A DNA stretch of 64,000 nt from Myxococcota bacterium (GCA_965223415.1 OZ245002.1:2464001-2528000), one strand, 5' to 3'; shown: positions 19,293 to 29,297, counted from the first letter of the stretch. The notes: generated by a model not told the origin, from the sequence alone. Program-made: numbers and translations.

Positions 19293-20215
19293 CGAGCCGG
19301 TCGGCTCCGCGGCTTCTGCAGGCCGATGCGGGTGTAGAAGCGCTCGGGAATGTCGGCCGGGTCCTTGTACAGGTAGGTCTTGCAGGGCTCTTCGCCGAGC
19401 GCGTCCGACGGGTCGACGAGGAACAGGGGGACGCCGCCCTTCCGGGCCGACGCGCGCTCCATGACCGGCTCGTGGCAGCAGTAGACGGGCAGCGCGTCCC
19501 GCCCCCAGGTGAGCCAGCGGGGGCCGGCGACGCGGAGCAGGTCGTCGCCGCCTTCGCGCAGCAGCCGCCCGCCGCTCGGGCACACGGGGCAGAGGAAGGT
19601 CAGCTTCTCCGCGTCCTCCTCCAGGGCGAAGGGCTGCAGGTGGACGCGCGTGAAGTGCATCAGCGCGAGGGCGCGCTCCCGGAAGCTCGCGTCTCCCAGG
19701 AGGTCCGCGGCCAAGGCTTCCTCGTAGGCCTCCTCGAGCAGGTCCGTGTCGTAGCGCCGGCCGATCCAGGACAGCAGCGCGGCCACCCGCGCCATGCCGC
19801 GGTCGTGGTAGCGGAGCGCTTCGTCATGGAGGCCCTGGGCAGTGGCCAGCGTCTCCGCATCGCGGCCCTCCTCCAGGGCGGAGTCGATGCGGCGCCCGAG
19901 CTCCCGCCAGCGCTCCGCGAAGTCGATCGGGCCCTCCTCGTCCGGGACCTCGGGCAACGGCCCTCCGCGCTCCCGGATCGCCGCCAGGGCGTCCGCTTCG
20001 GCCGCCGCTCCGTCACGCCGTCGCACCCATGCGGCGAGCGTCGTCTCCCACGCATCGTAGTTCCCCTTCATGGAGAGGGCTTCGCGTACGAGCCGCCGGC
20101 CGAAGCCGCGGGCCGTCTCGGGATCACCCGCAGCGACGGCCTCGGCCAGGGCGTCCACGGAGCGCAGGGTCGCGATGCGGAGCTCCTCGTCGCTGAAGAT
20201 CCGGTCCTGGCTCAC
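19289..20215 (-). CDS. Hypothetical protein with Cys/His cluster
   Basis: 308-aa ORF with good codon usage; CPVCPSGG, YCCHE and PCKTYLYKDP motifs. Confidence 0.75.
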   Translation of the reverse strand: MSQDRIFSDEELRIATLRSVDALAEAVAAGDPETARGFGRRLVREALSMKGNYDAWETTLAAWVRRRDGAAAEADALAAIRERGGPLPEVPDEEGPIDFAERWRELGRRIDSALEEGRDAETLATAQGLHDEALRYHDRGMARVAALLSWIGRRYDTDLLEEAYEEALAADLLGDASFRERALALMHFTRVHLQPFALEEDAEKLTFLCPVCPSGGRLLREGGDDLLRVAGPRWLTWGRDALPVYCCHEPVMERASARKGGVPLFLVDPSDALGEEPCKTYLYKDPADIPERFYTRIGLQKPRSRPAR

Positions 20216-20259
20216 GGGTCCACCTCAGCTGGAGACAGGGTGAGTGATAGCGTAGGGAG

Positions 20260-21003
20260 ATGTTCGATCTCACCGGAAGAGTGGCCCTGGTCACGGGCGC
20301 GGGCCGCGGTATCGGCCGGGGCATCGCCCGGGCGATCGCGGAGCAGGGGGGCTCCGTGGCCGTGAACGACCTCCTGGAGGACACGGCGGAGGAGACCGCC
20401 GGCGCCATCCGGGCCCAGGGGGGCGCGGCTTCCGCCGTGCCCTTCGACGTGACCGACTACGACGCCTGCGTCGCTGGGGTTCGCTCGGCCGAGGAGGCCC
20501 TGGGTCCGGTCGACATCCTCGTGAACAACGCCGGCGGATCGCCGGGCAACCGCTGGCCGACGGCCTTCCTCGAGACGCCACGCGAGGTGTGGCCCGCCTT
20601 CATCGACATGAACCTCTACGGCACCCTGAACTGCACGCGCGCCGTCGCCCCCGGGATGGTCGAGCGCCGCCATGGCCGCGTGGTCTCGATCTCCTCGGAC
20701 GCGGCCCGAGCGGGAAGCTGGGGTTCGTCGGTGTACGGAGCCGCCAAGGCCGGCGTCGAGGGGCTGATGCGCACGCTCGCGAAGGAGCTGGGCCCGAAGG
20801 GCGTCACCGCGAACTCGATCGTGTTGGGCTTGATCGACACGGTGCCCGAGGAGTTCCTGGAGCAGGCGAACGCGGCGTCGATGTATCCCATGCGCCGGGT
20901 GGGTACCGCGGGGGACGTGGCCGCCGGGGTGGTCTACCTGGTGTCCGACGAAGCGGGCTGGGTCACCGGCCACTCCCTCGTGATCAACGGCGGCGGCACG
21001 TAG
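20260..21003 (+). CDS. SDR family oxidoreductase
   Basis: TGAGRGIG, NNAG, YGAAK. Confidence 0.95.
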   Translation: MFDLTGRVALVTGAGRGIGRGIARAIAEQGGSVAVNDLLEDTAEETAGAIRAQGGAASAVPFDVTDYDACVAGVRSAEEALGPVDILVNNAGGSPGNRWPTAFLETPREVWPAFIDMNLYGTLNCTRAVAPGMVERRHGRVVSISSDAARAGSWGSSVYGAAKAGVEGLMRTLAKELGPKGVTANSIVLGLIDTVPEEFLEQANAASMYPMRRVGTAGDVAAGVVYLVSDEAGWVTGHSLVINGGGT

Positions 21004-21075
21004 GCCCCGGGTCCAGCTGACACCCGTCGACAGTGGCGTCCGAGCGACGCGCGGGCTCGCGCTACCCTCTCGCCG

Positions 21076-21699
21076 ATGTCCATGGAGACCTGGCTCGCCT
21101 TCTGCGTCACCGAGGCGGTGCTCTGCTTCACGCCAGGGCCCGCGGTGTTGCTCGTGGCCTCGGTGGCGCTCGCCCGGGGGGCGGGCAGTGGAATCGGTGC
21201 AGGGCTCGGGGTGCTCGCCGCGAACACTCTCTACTTCGTCCTCTCCGCCCTTGGCATCGGGGCGGCCATCGTCGCCTCCCACGCGCTCTTCACCGCGATC
21301 CAGTGGGCCGGTGCCGCCTACCTGGTCTGTCTCGGTCTGCGCATGATCTGGGCCGGGGCGAAGGGCGGAGACGGACCGGTGTCGCCCCGCTCGCTGGCCC
21401 ACGGCTTCCGGCGCGGCTTCGTCGTGCAGAGCGCGAACCCGAAGACGCTGATCTTCTTCACCGCGCTCCTCCCCCAGTTCCTGGATCCGGCGGGCGGCAT
21501 CGGGCTTCAGGTGGCAGTGCTCGGCGTGAGCTCGGTGGCGATCGAGCTCTTCGCACTGGCCGTCTATGCCCTCGCCGCGTCTCGCGCCCGCGTGCTCGCC
21601 GCGGGCAGCTGGGCGGGAACCCTCGAGCGCCTCGGGGGCGGCTTCCTGGTGGCGGCAGGGCTGCGGCTCGCGTCGGTCGCCCCATCTCCTTCCGACTGA
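21076..21699 (+). CDS. LysE/RhtB family translocator
   Basis: TPGP, GAAYL, NPKTLIFF-x-ALLPQF. Confidence 0.93.
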   Translation: MSMETWLAFCVTEAVLCFTPGPAVLLVASVALARGAGSGIGAGLGVLAANTLYFVLSALGIGAAIVASHALFTAIQWAGAAYLVCLGLRMIWAGAKGGDGPVSPRSLAHGFRRGFVVQSANPKTLIFFTALLPQFLDPAGGIGLQVAVLGVSSVAIELFALAVYALAASRARVLAAGSWAGTLERLGGGFLVAAGLRLASVAPSPSD

Positions 21700-21707
21700 G
21701 GAGCGTT

Positions 21708-22037
21708 ATGGCCTACGACGAGCGTCTCGCAGAGCGCGTGCGCGTCGCCCTGGAGCGACGCCGGGGCGTCACCGAGAAGAAGATGTTCGGCGGAATCGCC
21801 TTCCTGGTGAACGGCAACATGAGCTGCGGCGTCAACGGTGACGACCTGATGGTGCGCGTGGGCCCCGAGACCTACGAGCAGGCCCTGGACCGCGCCCACG
21901 CGCGGCCGATGGACTTCACTGGCCGGCCCCTGAAGGGCATGGTCTACGTGGGCCCGAAGGGCGTCCGGACGGCGAAGCAGCTCGGACGCTGGGTCGACGA
22001 CGCCGTCGCCTTCGCGCGCTCGCTACCGGCCAAGTAG
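21708..22037 (+). CDS. TfoX/Sxy N-terminal domain protein
   Basis: MAYDERLAERVR...EKKMFGG...PMDFTGRPLKG; GAGGAG RBS upstream. Confidence 0.9.
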   Translation: MAYDERLAERVRVALERRRGVTEKKMFGGIAFLVNGNMSCGVNGDDLMVRVGPETYEQALDRAHARPMDFTGRPLKGMVYVGPKGVRTAKQLGRWVDDAVAFARSLPAK

Positions 22038-22544
22038 ATGGAGCGCATTCGCCCCCGGAAGCTCCCGGACGCCTCGAGGCCGGGCCCGCCGCCGAACATC
22101 CTCGGCACGATCGCCCACCATCCGAACCTGCTGGAGCCCTTCCTGCGCTTCTCGGCGGTGCTCGCCGCCGGCGAGCTGCCCCGCCGGGCCTCGGAGCTGC
22201 TCGCGCTGAGGGCCGCCTGGAACTGTCGCTCGGCCTTCGAGTGGGGCCACCACGTCCGGTACGCCCTCGACGCCGGGCTCAGCGAGGAGGAGATCGCGCG
22301 CATTCCGGCCGGCACGGAGGCGCCGGAATGGAGCACCTCGGATCGGGTCCTGCTGCGCGCCGCCGACGAGCTGCACGGCCGTCAGGCGATCTGCGACGAG
22401 ACCTGGGGTGCTCTCGCGGCGAGCTTCGACGAGGCGCAGCTCGTCGAGATCCCGTTCGTCGTCGGCCAGTACACGATGCTCTCGATGGTGGCCAACGCGA
22501 CCGGTGTGCCTCTCGAAGAAGGCCTGCCCGGACTTCCCGGCTGA
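22038..22544 (+). CDS. Carboxymuconolactone decarboxylase (AhpD-like) family protein
   Basis: NILGTIAHHP, ELLALR, FEWGHH, ADEL. Confidence 0.88.
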   Translation: MERIRPRKLPDASRPGPPPNILGTIAHHPNLLEPFLRFSAVLAAGELPRRASELLALRAAWNCRSAFEWGHHVRYALDAGLSEEEIARIPAGTEAPEWSTSDRVLLRAADELHGRQAICDETWGALAASFDEAQLVEIPFVVGQYTMLSMVANATGVPLEEGLPGLPG

Positions 22545-22550
22545 CGAGGC

Positions 22551-23045
22551 CTACCAGAAGCGGGGGATCCCGCCCTCGTCGTCGTCCACCGGGACCCGCG
22601 GGTCGATCCGGTAGCCGAGTGGGAAGATCGAGTCGGCGCCTTCGCCGAGGGCGGCAGCCAGCCGCATCGCCTCGCGCTCCGAAAACGCGGGAAGGTTCCG
22701 GTTGAAGGAGTACTCCTCGCCGTCGTGGAAGATGCCGAAGGCGTGGGGCTCGAGCAGGTAGCCGTCGAGTCGTGTCCCCCCGGCCAATTCGAAGCTCGCG
22801 GCGACCACCAGGTCCTTGCGGTCGCCGAGGCTGGCCACGTCGAGCACCGGGTAGAGCGGAACGGGCCCGCACACCTCGAAGAGCTCGGTTCGGCGGTCCA
22901 CGGCTTCCGCCGTCACGCCCCAGGACAGGACCCGCTCGCGGTCGACTTCCGGATCCCAATGGCTCCAAACGGGACAGCGCTCGAGGGCCTCCGCGGACAT
23001 GCACTCGATCAGCTCGAAGTCTTCTGCCGTTCCGATGGGCTTCAC
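22551..23045 (-). CDS. Hypothetical protein
   Basis: 164-aa ORF with typical codon usage, filling the gap between neighbours. Confidence 0.65.
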   Translation of the reverse strand: MKPIGTAEDFELIECMSAEALERCPVWSHWDPEVDRERVLSWGVTAEAVDRRTELFEVCGPVPLYPVLDVASLGDRKDLVVAASFELAGGTRLDGYLLEPHAFGIFHDGEEYSFNRNLPAFSEREAMRLAAALGEGADSIFPLGYRIDPRVPVDDDEGGIPRFW

Positions 23046-23130
23046 CTGTGGGGCGAATCGGAGCGTCGGCCTCCGGGCTTTAGCGGTGGGATGCTAGTGT
23101 GTCCCCTCTCGCGTACTCAGGAGCGGCGAC

Positions 23131-24159
23131 ATGCGGATCGGTCTCAACATCGGCTACTCGGGCCCTCGGCTCTCCATCGACATCGAGCGGGTCAAGCTCG
23201 CGGAATCGCTGGGCTTCGACTCGGTCTGGACGGCCGAGGCCTACGGCTCGGACGCCGTGACCTCCCTGGCCTGGATCGCGGCGCAGACCACGAAGATCAA
23301 GCTCGGGACGGCCATTCTGCAGATGCCCGCGCGCACGCCGGCGATGACCGCGATGACGGCCATGAGCCTCGACCAGCTCTCCGGAGGCCGCTTCCTGCTG
23401 GGCCTCGGCCCGTCGGGCCCCCAGGTGGTCGAGGGCTGGCACGGCGTGCCCTACGGCAAGCCCCTCACGCGGACGCGGGAGTACGTGAAGATCCTGCGCG
23501 ACATCTTCGCGCGGGAGGCGCCCCTCGAGCACAAGGGCGAGCACTACCAGATCCCGTTCCAGGGTGAGGGTGCATCCGGCCTCGGCAAGCCGCTGAAGAG
23601 CATCCTCCACGGGCGCGCGGACATCCCGATCTTCACCGCGTCGATCGGGCCGGCGGGCATCGCCTGCAGTGGCGAGGTTGCCGACGGCCTGATCCCCGTC
23701 TGGATGAACCCGGAGCGCATGGATCTGATCGAGCCGCATCTCGAGAAGGGCTTCGCCAAGGCCGGCGGCGGCAAGGGCATGGCCGATTTCCGGATCGCTC
23801 CCTTCGTGGGCGGCGTCCTGGGAGACGACCTCGAGCAGTGCCGCATGCCCATGCGGGGCATGCTGGCGCTCTACATCGGCGGCATGGGCGCACGCGGCAA
23901 GAACTTCTACAACGACTACGCCAACCGCCTCGGCTACGGCGAGCAGGCGAAGCAGGTCCAGGATCTCTACCTGGACGGCAAGAAGGCCGAGGCGATGGCG
24001 GCGGTTCCCGACGAGCTGATCGACGAGGTGGCGCTGGTCGGGCCGAAGGCGCGCATCGCCGAGCGCCTCGAGGCGTGGAAGGCCTCGCCGGTGACTGACA
24101 TGCTGGTGAGCGCCGGGCAGCCGGAGCTGCTCGAGGTGCTGGCGGAGAACCTGCTCTAG
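23131..24159 (+). CDS. LLM-class, probably F420-dependent, oxidoreductase
   Basis: [41 protein letters not shown]-x-x-x-x-NFY. Confidence 0.92.
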   Translation: MRIGLNIGYSGPRLSIDIERVKLAESLGFDSVWTAEAYGSDAVTSLAWIAAQTTKIKLGTAILQMPARTPAMTAMTAMSLDQLSGGRFLLGLGPSGPQVVEGWHGVPYGKPLTRTREYVKILRDIFAREAPLEHKGEHYQIPFQGEGASGLGKPLKSILHGRADIPIFTASIGPAGIACSGEVADGLIPVWMNPERMDLIEPHLEKGFAKAGGGKGMADFRIAPFVGGVLGDDLEQCRMPMRGMLALYIGGMGARGKNFYNDYANRLGYGEQAKQVQDLYLDGKKAEAMAAVPDELIDEVALVGPKARIAERLEAWKASPVTDMLVSAGQPELLEVLAENLL

Positions 24160-24161
24160 CC

Positions 24162-25457
24162 ATGAGCCGCGAACGCATCGTCGCACTCGACAAGGCACGG
24201 GTGTGGCACCCCTACACGCCGATGGACCGCTATCGGACGGAGGTCGACCCGATCGTGGTGGATCGGGCGGAGGGGCCCTGGCTCTGGGACGTGGACGGGA
24301 GCCGGCTGATCGACGCGAACTCGTCCTGGTGGGTGGCGTCCCTCGGCCACAACCACCCGCGGCTCGTGGCGGCTCTGAAGGCCCAGGCGGATCGGAACTG
24401 TCACTCGGCCCTGGCGGGCATGACCCACGAGCCCGCGGCCGAGCTGGCGGAGCGCCTGTGCGCCGTGGCGCCGAACGGGCTCGAGCACGTCTTCTACAGC
24501 GACGACGGCTCCACGGCGGTCGAGGTCGGCCTGAAGGTGGCGCTCCAGTACTGGGCCCAGAACGGGAGCCCCGAGCGGAAGCACTTCGTGGCGCTGCAGG
24601 GCGCCTTCCACGGCGAGACGCTGGGGGTCACCTCGATCGGTGGCGTCGAGGTGTTCCGGGCGCCCTTCCAGGGCGCGGTGCTCCAGAACTTCTTCGTGCC
24701 GACGCCTAGCCAGGCCGGCGGTCTCGAACCGGCCGTGAACGCCCTGCGCGGCGTGCTCGACGCCCACGGCCACGAGATCGCGGCGATGGTGGTGGAGCCC
24801 GTGGTGCAGGGCGCCTCCGGCATGCAGATGTACGACCCGGCCTACCTGCGCGAGGCGCGGGCGCTGTGCGATCGCCACGAGGTCTTCCTGGTCGCCGACG
24901 AGGTGTTCACCGGCTACGGGCGCACTGGTCCGATGTGGGCCGTCGAGCACGCTGGCGTCCTCCCGGACGTGCTGTGCACCGCCAAGGGATTCAGCGGCGG
25001 CATGCTGCCCATGGCCGCCACCCTGGTAACGCCGCGGCTCTTCGACGGCTTCCTGGGCGAGGCCGATCGGGCCTTCTACTACGGCCATTCCTTCTGCGGC
25101 AACCCGCTGGGCTCGGCCGTGGCCCTCGAGGTGCTGAGCGTCTACGAAGAAGAGCGCATCCTCGAGCGGGCCAAGCCCAAGGCCGAGCGCATCGCCCAGG
25201 CATTCGCGGAGATGGAGGCGCTTCCCAGCGTCGCGCGAACCCGCTGCCGCGGCATGATCGGCGTGCTGGATCTCGGCGGAGACGAGGGCTACCTGGCCCG
25301 GGCGGGCTGGCGGGTCTACGACGAGGCGCGACAGCGGGGCGCCTACCTGCGTCCGATGGGCAACTGCGTCTACGTGGCGCCGCCGCTGAATATCCCGGAC
25401 GCCGTGCTGGACGAGCTCCTCGGCATCGTGCGGTCCTCGGTCGAGGCGGTCTCGTGA
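24162..25457 (+). CDS. bioA: Adenosylmethionine-8-amino-7-oxononanoate transaminase
   Basis: VWHPYTPM, SSWWV, DDGSTAVEV, DEVFTGYGRTG, GHSFCGNP, LRPMGN. Confidence 0.93.
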   Translation: MSRERIVALDKARVWHPYTPMDRYRTEVDPIVVDRAEGPWLWDVDGSRLIDANSSWWVASLGHNHPRLVAALKAQADRNCHSALAGMTHEPAAELAERLCAVAPNGLEHVFYSDDGSTAVEVGLKVALQYWAQNGSPERKHFVALQGAFHGETLGVTSIGGVEVFRAPFQGAVLQNFFVPTPSQAGGLEPAVNALRGVLDAHGHEIAAMVVEPVVQGASGMQMYDPAYLREARALCDRHEVFLVADEVFTGYGRTGPMWAVEHAGVLPDVLCTAKGFSGGMLPMAATLVTPRLFDGFLGEADRAFYYGHSFCGNPLGSAVALEVLSVYEEERILERAKPKAERIAQAFAEMEALPSVARTRCRGMIGVLDLGGDEGYLARAGWRVYDEARQRGAYLRPMGNCVYVAPPLNIPDAVLDELLGIVRSSVEAVS

Positions 25458-26394
25458 GACGTGTGCTCGCGGCCTGGGCGGCGGTGCTGTTCGCCGCCGG
25501 GCCGGGCTTCGCCGAGCCGAAGCCCGCGACCAACGGGTTCGACCTGTCGGCGGCCAGCGTGCCGAAGGAGGAGATCCTCGGCGGCGGGCCGAAGAGGGAC
25601 GGCATCGTCGCCGTCGACGAGCCGGCCTTTGCGCTGCCTTCCGAGGCGCCCTGGGTCAAGGCGGAGAACCCGGTGCTCGCCGTGACGGTCGGCGACGCCA
25701 CCCACGTCTACCCGGTGCACCTGATGGAATACCACCAGATCGTGAACGATCGCATCGGCGAGACGCCGGTGGTCGTCACCTACGATCCGCTGGCCGGCGT
25801 GCCGCGGGCGTTCCGCGCCGTCGTCGCGGGCGGGGCGACCCGCTTCGGCGTTTCCGGGCTGATCCACAACCACGGCTTCCTGCTCTACGACCGGAAGAGC
25901 GGGAGCCTCTGGCAGCAGTTCACGGGCCGGTCGCTCAGCGGGCCGCAAGTCGGGAAGACGCTCGACGCCCTGCGGATCCGCCAGGAGACGCTGGGCGGCA
26001 TCCTCGCACGGCACCCCCGCGCGCGCATCCTGAAGCCCCCCTTCCCGGACCGTCACGACTACTCCATGAGCCCCTTTCTGCGCTACTGGGATCTCGACAA
26101 GGCGCTCTTCCCGATCGCTGCCGAGGACCGTCGCTTTCACTTCAAGGATCTCGTGCTCGGTGTCATCGCCGGTGATACCCAGCGCGCCTACCTGGGCTCC
26201 CTCGCCACGGCCGCCGGCGGCCGGGTCGAAGACGAGATCGCCGGCCACCGCATCCGCATCGCCTACGATTCCGACAGCGGCACCTTCAGCTACGAAGCCC
26301 CGGAAGCCGTCGAAGTCATCGAAGCCTACTGGCTCGCCTGGAAGGCCTTCGTCCCCGACACAGAAGTCTGGACCCCCCCCCCCCCCCCGAGTAG
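25454..26394 (+). CDS. DUF3179 domain exported protein; 3' end ambiguous because of a C16 run (as assembled the frame continues to 26572)
   Basis: GTGA overlap with bioA. GGPKRDGI, HQIVND, TYDPL, FGVSGL, LYDR-x-x-x-SLWQQ and YWLAWKAFVPDTEVW. A TAG at 26392-26394 would be in frame with C14 or C17. Confidence 0.82.
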
Positions 26395-26400
26395 CCCAAG

Positions 26401-26480
26401 AACGCAAGACCGGGGACGTTCCTTGCATCTTGCGTTGTCTGAACAACGCAAGATGCAAGGAACGTCCCCGGTCTTGCGTT
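26401..26480. repeat. REP/REPIN-like perfect inverted repeat, 38-bp arms and 4-nt loop (family A)
   Basis: AACGCAAGACCGGGGACGTTCCTTGCATCTTGCGTTGT-CTGA-reverse complement; lies between convergent genes. Confidence 0.92.
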
Positions 26481-27467
26481 TCAGGGGTGGAGGAGCTGGG
26501 AGGCGGGGACGGACTCGGGGCCGGTGTGGTGGCGGTCGGCGTGGAGGAGGGCACCGAGGACGCGCTGGTTGAGGGGCGTCGGGATACCGTGCTCCTCGCC
26601 GAGGGTGCAGACGCGGCGGTGGTAGGCGTCGGCCTCGGTGGCGATGCGGCGGGTGAGGGCGGACCACACCTGGTTGTAGAGGGGGATGGGCCGGGCGCTC
26701 GTGCCCTTCTCCAGGGACGCCCGCTGGTGGGCGATCTCCTCGTCGAGGGAGCGGTCGCGCCCGTCGCAGGAGCCGGCCTCGATGCCGCCCGCCGCGAGCA
26801 CGGCCCGAGCCTCCTCGAGGAGCCCGGCCTTCAGCTCGACGAAGGCGGTCGTGGTGTGGTCTTCGCGGCGGACGAGCGCGTTCGGCGCGCTCATCAGGTT
26901 GACGCAGAGCTTGAGCCACTTGTCCCGGGCGATCCGATCGGACACGCCCGTGCAGATGTCGCCGCGCTCCAGCAGGGCTGCGAGCTCACGGACGGCGTCG
27001 CTCGTCCCCGCCGGATGCAGGCCAAGGATGGCCCTCGACGGCCGATCGAAGAGGAACCGCACCCGCGCGTCTCCGGTGCGTGTGCACGTCTCGCGCCACA
27101 CGCCGCCGACGACCGGCGCCGTGAAGCGACCGGCGGCCGCCTCGTGGACGACGTCGTTCTGGAAGGTGACGAGGGGTATCCCGGGAGCGCGTTTGCCGAC
27201 GAACCGAGCCGCGGCCTCCACTTCGGCGCCGCGGGTGCAGAGCAGGATCGGCTGCGAGGGCCACCAGCCTTCCTGCTCGAGGCAACGCGCCTCGACGGAG
27301 ACCCGAAAGGTCTCTCCGCTCGCCGGGTGCTCGGCGATCAGGCCCTGGCCGAGTGCCCGCGCCGCCGCCTCCCGGCGGGTCACGAGCAGGACGCCGACGC
27401 CCGCCCGCGCCAGCCGCGCGGCAAGGGTAAGCCCGACCGAGCCCGCGCCCAGGACGGTGACGCTCAT
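26481..27467 (-). CDS. Ketopantoate reductase (ApbA/PanE) family protein
   Basis: VTVLGAGSVG Rossmann motif, FQN, KWLKLCVN, EADAY...G-x-x-HGIPTPLN. Confidence 0.85.
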   Translation of the reverse strand: MSVTVLGAGSVGLTLAARLARAGVGVLLVTRREAAARALGQGLIAEHPASGETFRVSVEARCLEQEGWWPSQPILLCTRGAEVEAAARFVGKRAPGIPLVTFQNDVVHEAAAGRFTAPVVGGVWRETCTRTGDARVRFLFDRPSRAILGLHPAGTSDAVRELAALLERGDICTGVSDRIARDKWLKLCVNLMSAPNALVRREDHTTTAFVELKAGLLEEARAVLAAGGIEAGSCDGRDRSLDEEIAHQRASLEKGTSARPIPLYNQVWSALTRRIATEADAYHRRVCTLGEEHGIPTPLNQRVLGALLHADRHHTGPESVPASQLLHP

Positions 27468-27495
27468 CGTTCGCGCTCCCGGGCGCACTCGCTGC

Positions 27496-29268
27496 TCACC
27501 GGCGCGCGCCCAGGATCGCCTTCGTCTCGATGCGTTGCTGGCCTCGCAGGACGACGAGATCGACCTCTCGCCCGGCCCGCTCGGCGAACAGCAGGGCAGC
27601 GAACTCGGCCAGGTCGCGCACGGTGACGCCGGCGAAGGAGACCAGCACGTCGCCGCCGCGCAGGCCCGCCCTCTCCGCGGGGCTCCCGGGCCGCACGCCG
27701 GCGAGGCGCACACCCACCACCGGCTCGCCGCCGAAGGCGGGAATCGTCCCCAGGTCCGGGCCATAGCCGGGTCCGCCGCCGGGGCCGGCGTGGGCCTTCG
27801 CCGGCTGGCCGCGGAAGGCGAAGGCCTCTTCCGCATTCGCCGCGGCACCGGCGACCCGGGCCACGAGGTCGCACACCCGGGCCAGCCCCCGAGCGTCGAC
27901 GGCCGACGCCACGTCGTCGGGCGTGTGATAGGCGGAGTGGACGCCGGTGAAGAAGTGCAGCACCGGAACGCTCTTCACGTAGAAGCTGGTCTGATCGGAA
28001 GGCCCCGTGCCGTGGCCCTCGAGGGCGAGGTCGAGCCCCAGCGCCGTCGCGGACGCGTCGAGCAGGGGGCGCCACTCGTCGGCGCTCTCGCTGCCGAAGA
28101 CCACGATGCGGCCCTCGCGCAGGCGCCCCACCATGTCCATGTTGAGCATCGCGACCGGCGCCGGAAGCCCTTCCGGCCGCCGGTCGACGAAGTGGGCCGA
28201 GCCGAGCAGGCCGACTTCCTCGGCCGTGAAGGCAACGAAGGTCAGCGTGCGCCGCAGCGGGGGACCGGCAGCGAGGCGCCTCGCGATCTCGAGCAACGCG
28301 GCGGTTCCCGAGGCGTTGTCGTCGGCGCCCGGATGCACCTCGCCCTGGCGCGACGGCGCGAGGGATCCGAAGCCGCCGCGCCCCAGGTGGTCGTAGTGGG
28401 CGCCGATCACGATCGCCTCGTCGGAGAGCGAGGGATCGCGGCCCGGCAGCACGCCGACGACGTTGGCCACCGGGCCCCGGGTCCGCTCGATCCGGACCTC
28501 GCCGCTCGCCTCGAGATCGAGCGTCAGGGACACAGGCTCGCCGCTGCTCGCCCGCGCCGCGAGGGACTCGAGATCCCGCCCGGCGAGGTGCAGCAGCTCC
28601 GCCGCCGCCGGACGGGACAGACGCAGGCCGAAGAGCCCCGCCGGCTGCACGTTGGGGTCCGCGGCGTGAGGGATCGCGCCGAGCTCTCTCTCGCGGGTCT
28701 CCGGGACGAAGAGCACGCCCGCGGCGCCGCGACGACGGGCCGCCATGATCTTGGCGCGGCGTCGCAGGAAGGCCACGCCCTCGGGCCCCTCGAGCGCCCC
28801 CGCCTCGGGTCGCCCCTCGAGCACGACGACCACGCGTCCGTCCACGTCGAGGTCCTGGTAGTCGTCGTGGCCGCGGTCCGGCGCCGAGATGCCGTAGCCC
28901 GCGAAGGCGAGGGGGCCCGCGAAGTGCCCGGACTCGCTGACCATCAGGGGCGCGACGGCGGCATCGCCCTCGAGCTGCAGCGCGCCCACGCGCAGCCGCG
29001 CTCCCGCGTTGCGGATGGCCACGACCGTTTCGAAGGGCTGGAGGAACCCTCCGTCGCTGCCGCCCGGCCTGAGGCCGGCTTCGGCGAAGCGACCGGCGAT
29101 GTAGCGCGCGGCGGCCTCGAGCCCCTGTGTGCCGAGTCCCCGGCCCTCTCGCTCTGGGGCCGAAAGCCAGGCGACGTCGGCTTCGAGGCGCGTCGCGCTC
29201 GGACCCGGGTGAACGCACGCCCCGGCGAGTGCGAGAAGGGACGACGCCACGACGAGCCGGAAGCTCAT
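27496..29268 (-). CDS. M28 family peptidase lipoprotein with PA and C-terminal PDZ domains
   Basis: Lipobox LAGAC, REGRGLGT, GAHYDHLG, GADDNASG, AEEVGLLGS, NMDMVGR, SDQTSF, YHTPDD, GSPAERAGL. Confidence 0.93.
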   Translation of the reverse strand: MSFRLVVASSLLALAGACVHPGPSATRLEADVAWLSAPEREGRGLGTQGLEAAARYIAGRFAEAGLRPGGSDGGFLQPFETVVAIRNAGARLRVGALQLEGDAAVAPLMVSESGHFAGPLAFAGYGISAPDRGHDDYQDLDVDGRVVVVLEGRPEAGALEGPEGVAFLRRRAKIMAARRRGAAGVLFVPETRERELGAIPHAADPNVQPAGLFGLRLSRPAAAELLHLAGRDLESLAARASSGEPVSLTLDLEASGEVRIERTRGPVANVVGVLPGRDPSLSDEAIVIGAHYDHLGRGGFGSLAPSRQGEVHPGADDNASGTAALLEIARRLAAGPPLRRTLTFVAFTAEEVGLLGSAHFVDRRPEGLPAPVAMLNMDMVGRLREGRIVVFGSESADEWRPLLDASATALGLDLALEGHGTGPSDQTSFYVKSVPVLHFFTGVHSAYHTPDDVASAVDARGLARVCDLVARVAGAAANAEEAFAFRGQPAKAHAGPGGGPGYGPDLGTIPAFGGEPVVGVRLAGVRPGSPAERAGLRGGDVLVSFAGVTVRDLAEFAALLFAERAGREVDLVVLRGQQRIETKAILGARR

Positions 29269-29297
29269 GGCCGAGCACGATAGCAGTGGAAAGCGGG

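Noticed and set aside
26401..26480. IS element or MITE with terminal inverted repeats
   Set aside because: Arms are separated by only 4 nt, no target-site duplication is evident, and no transposase is in the window. Treated as REP-like instead.
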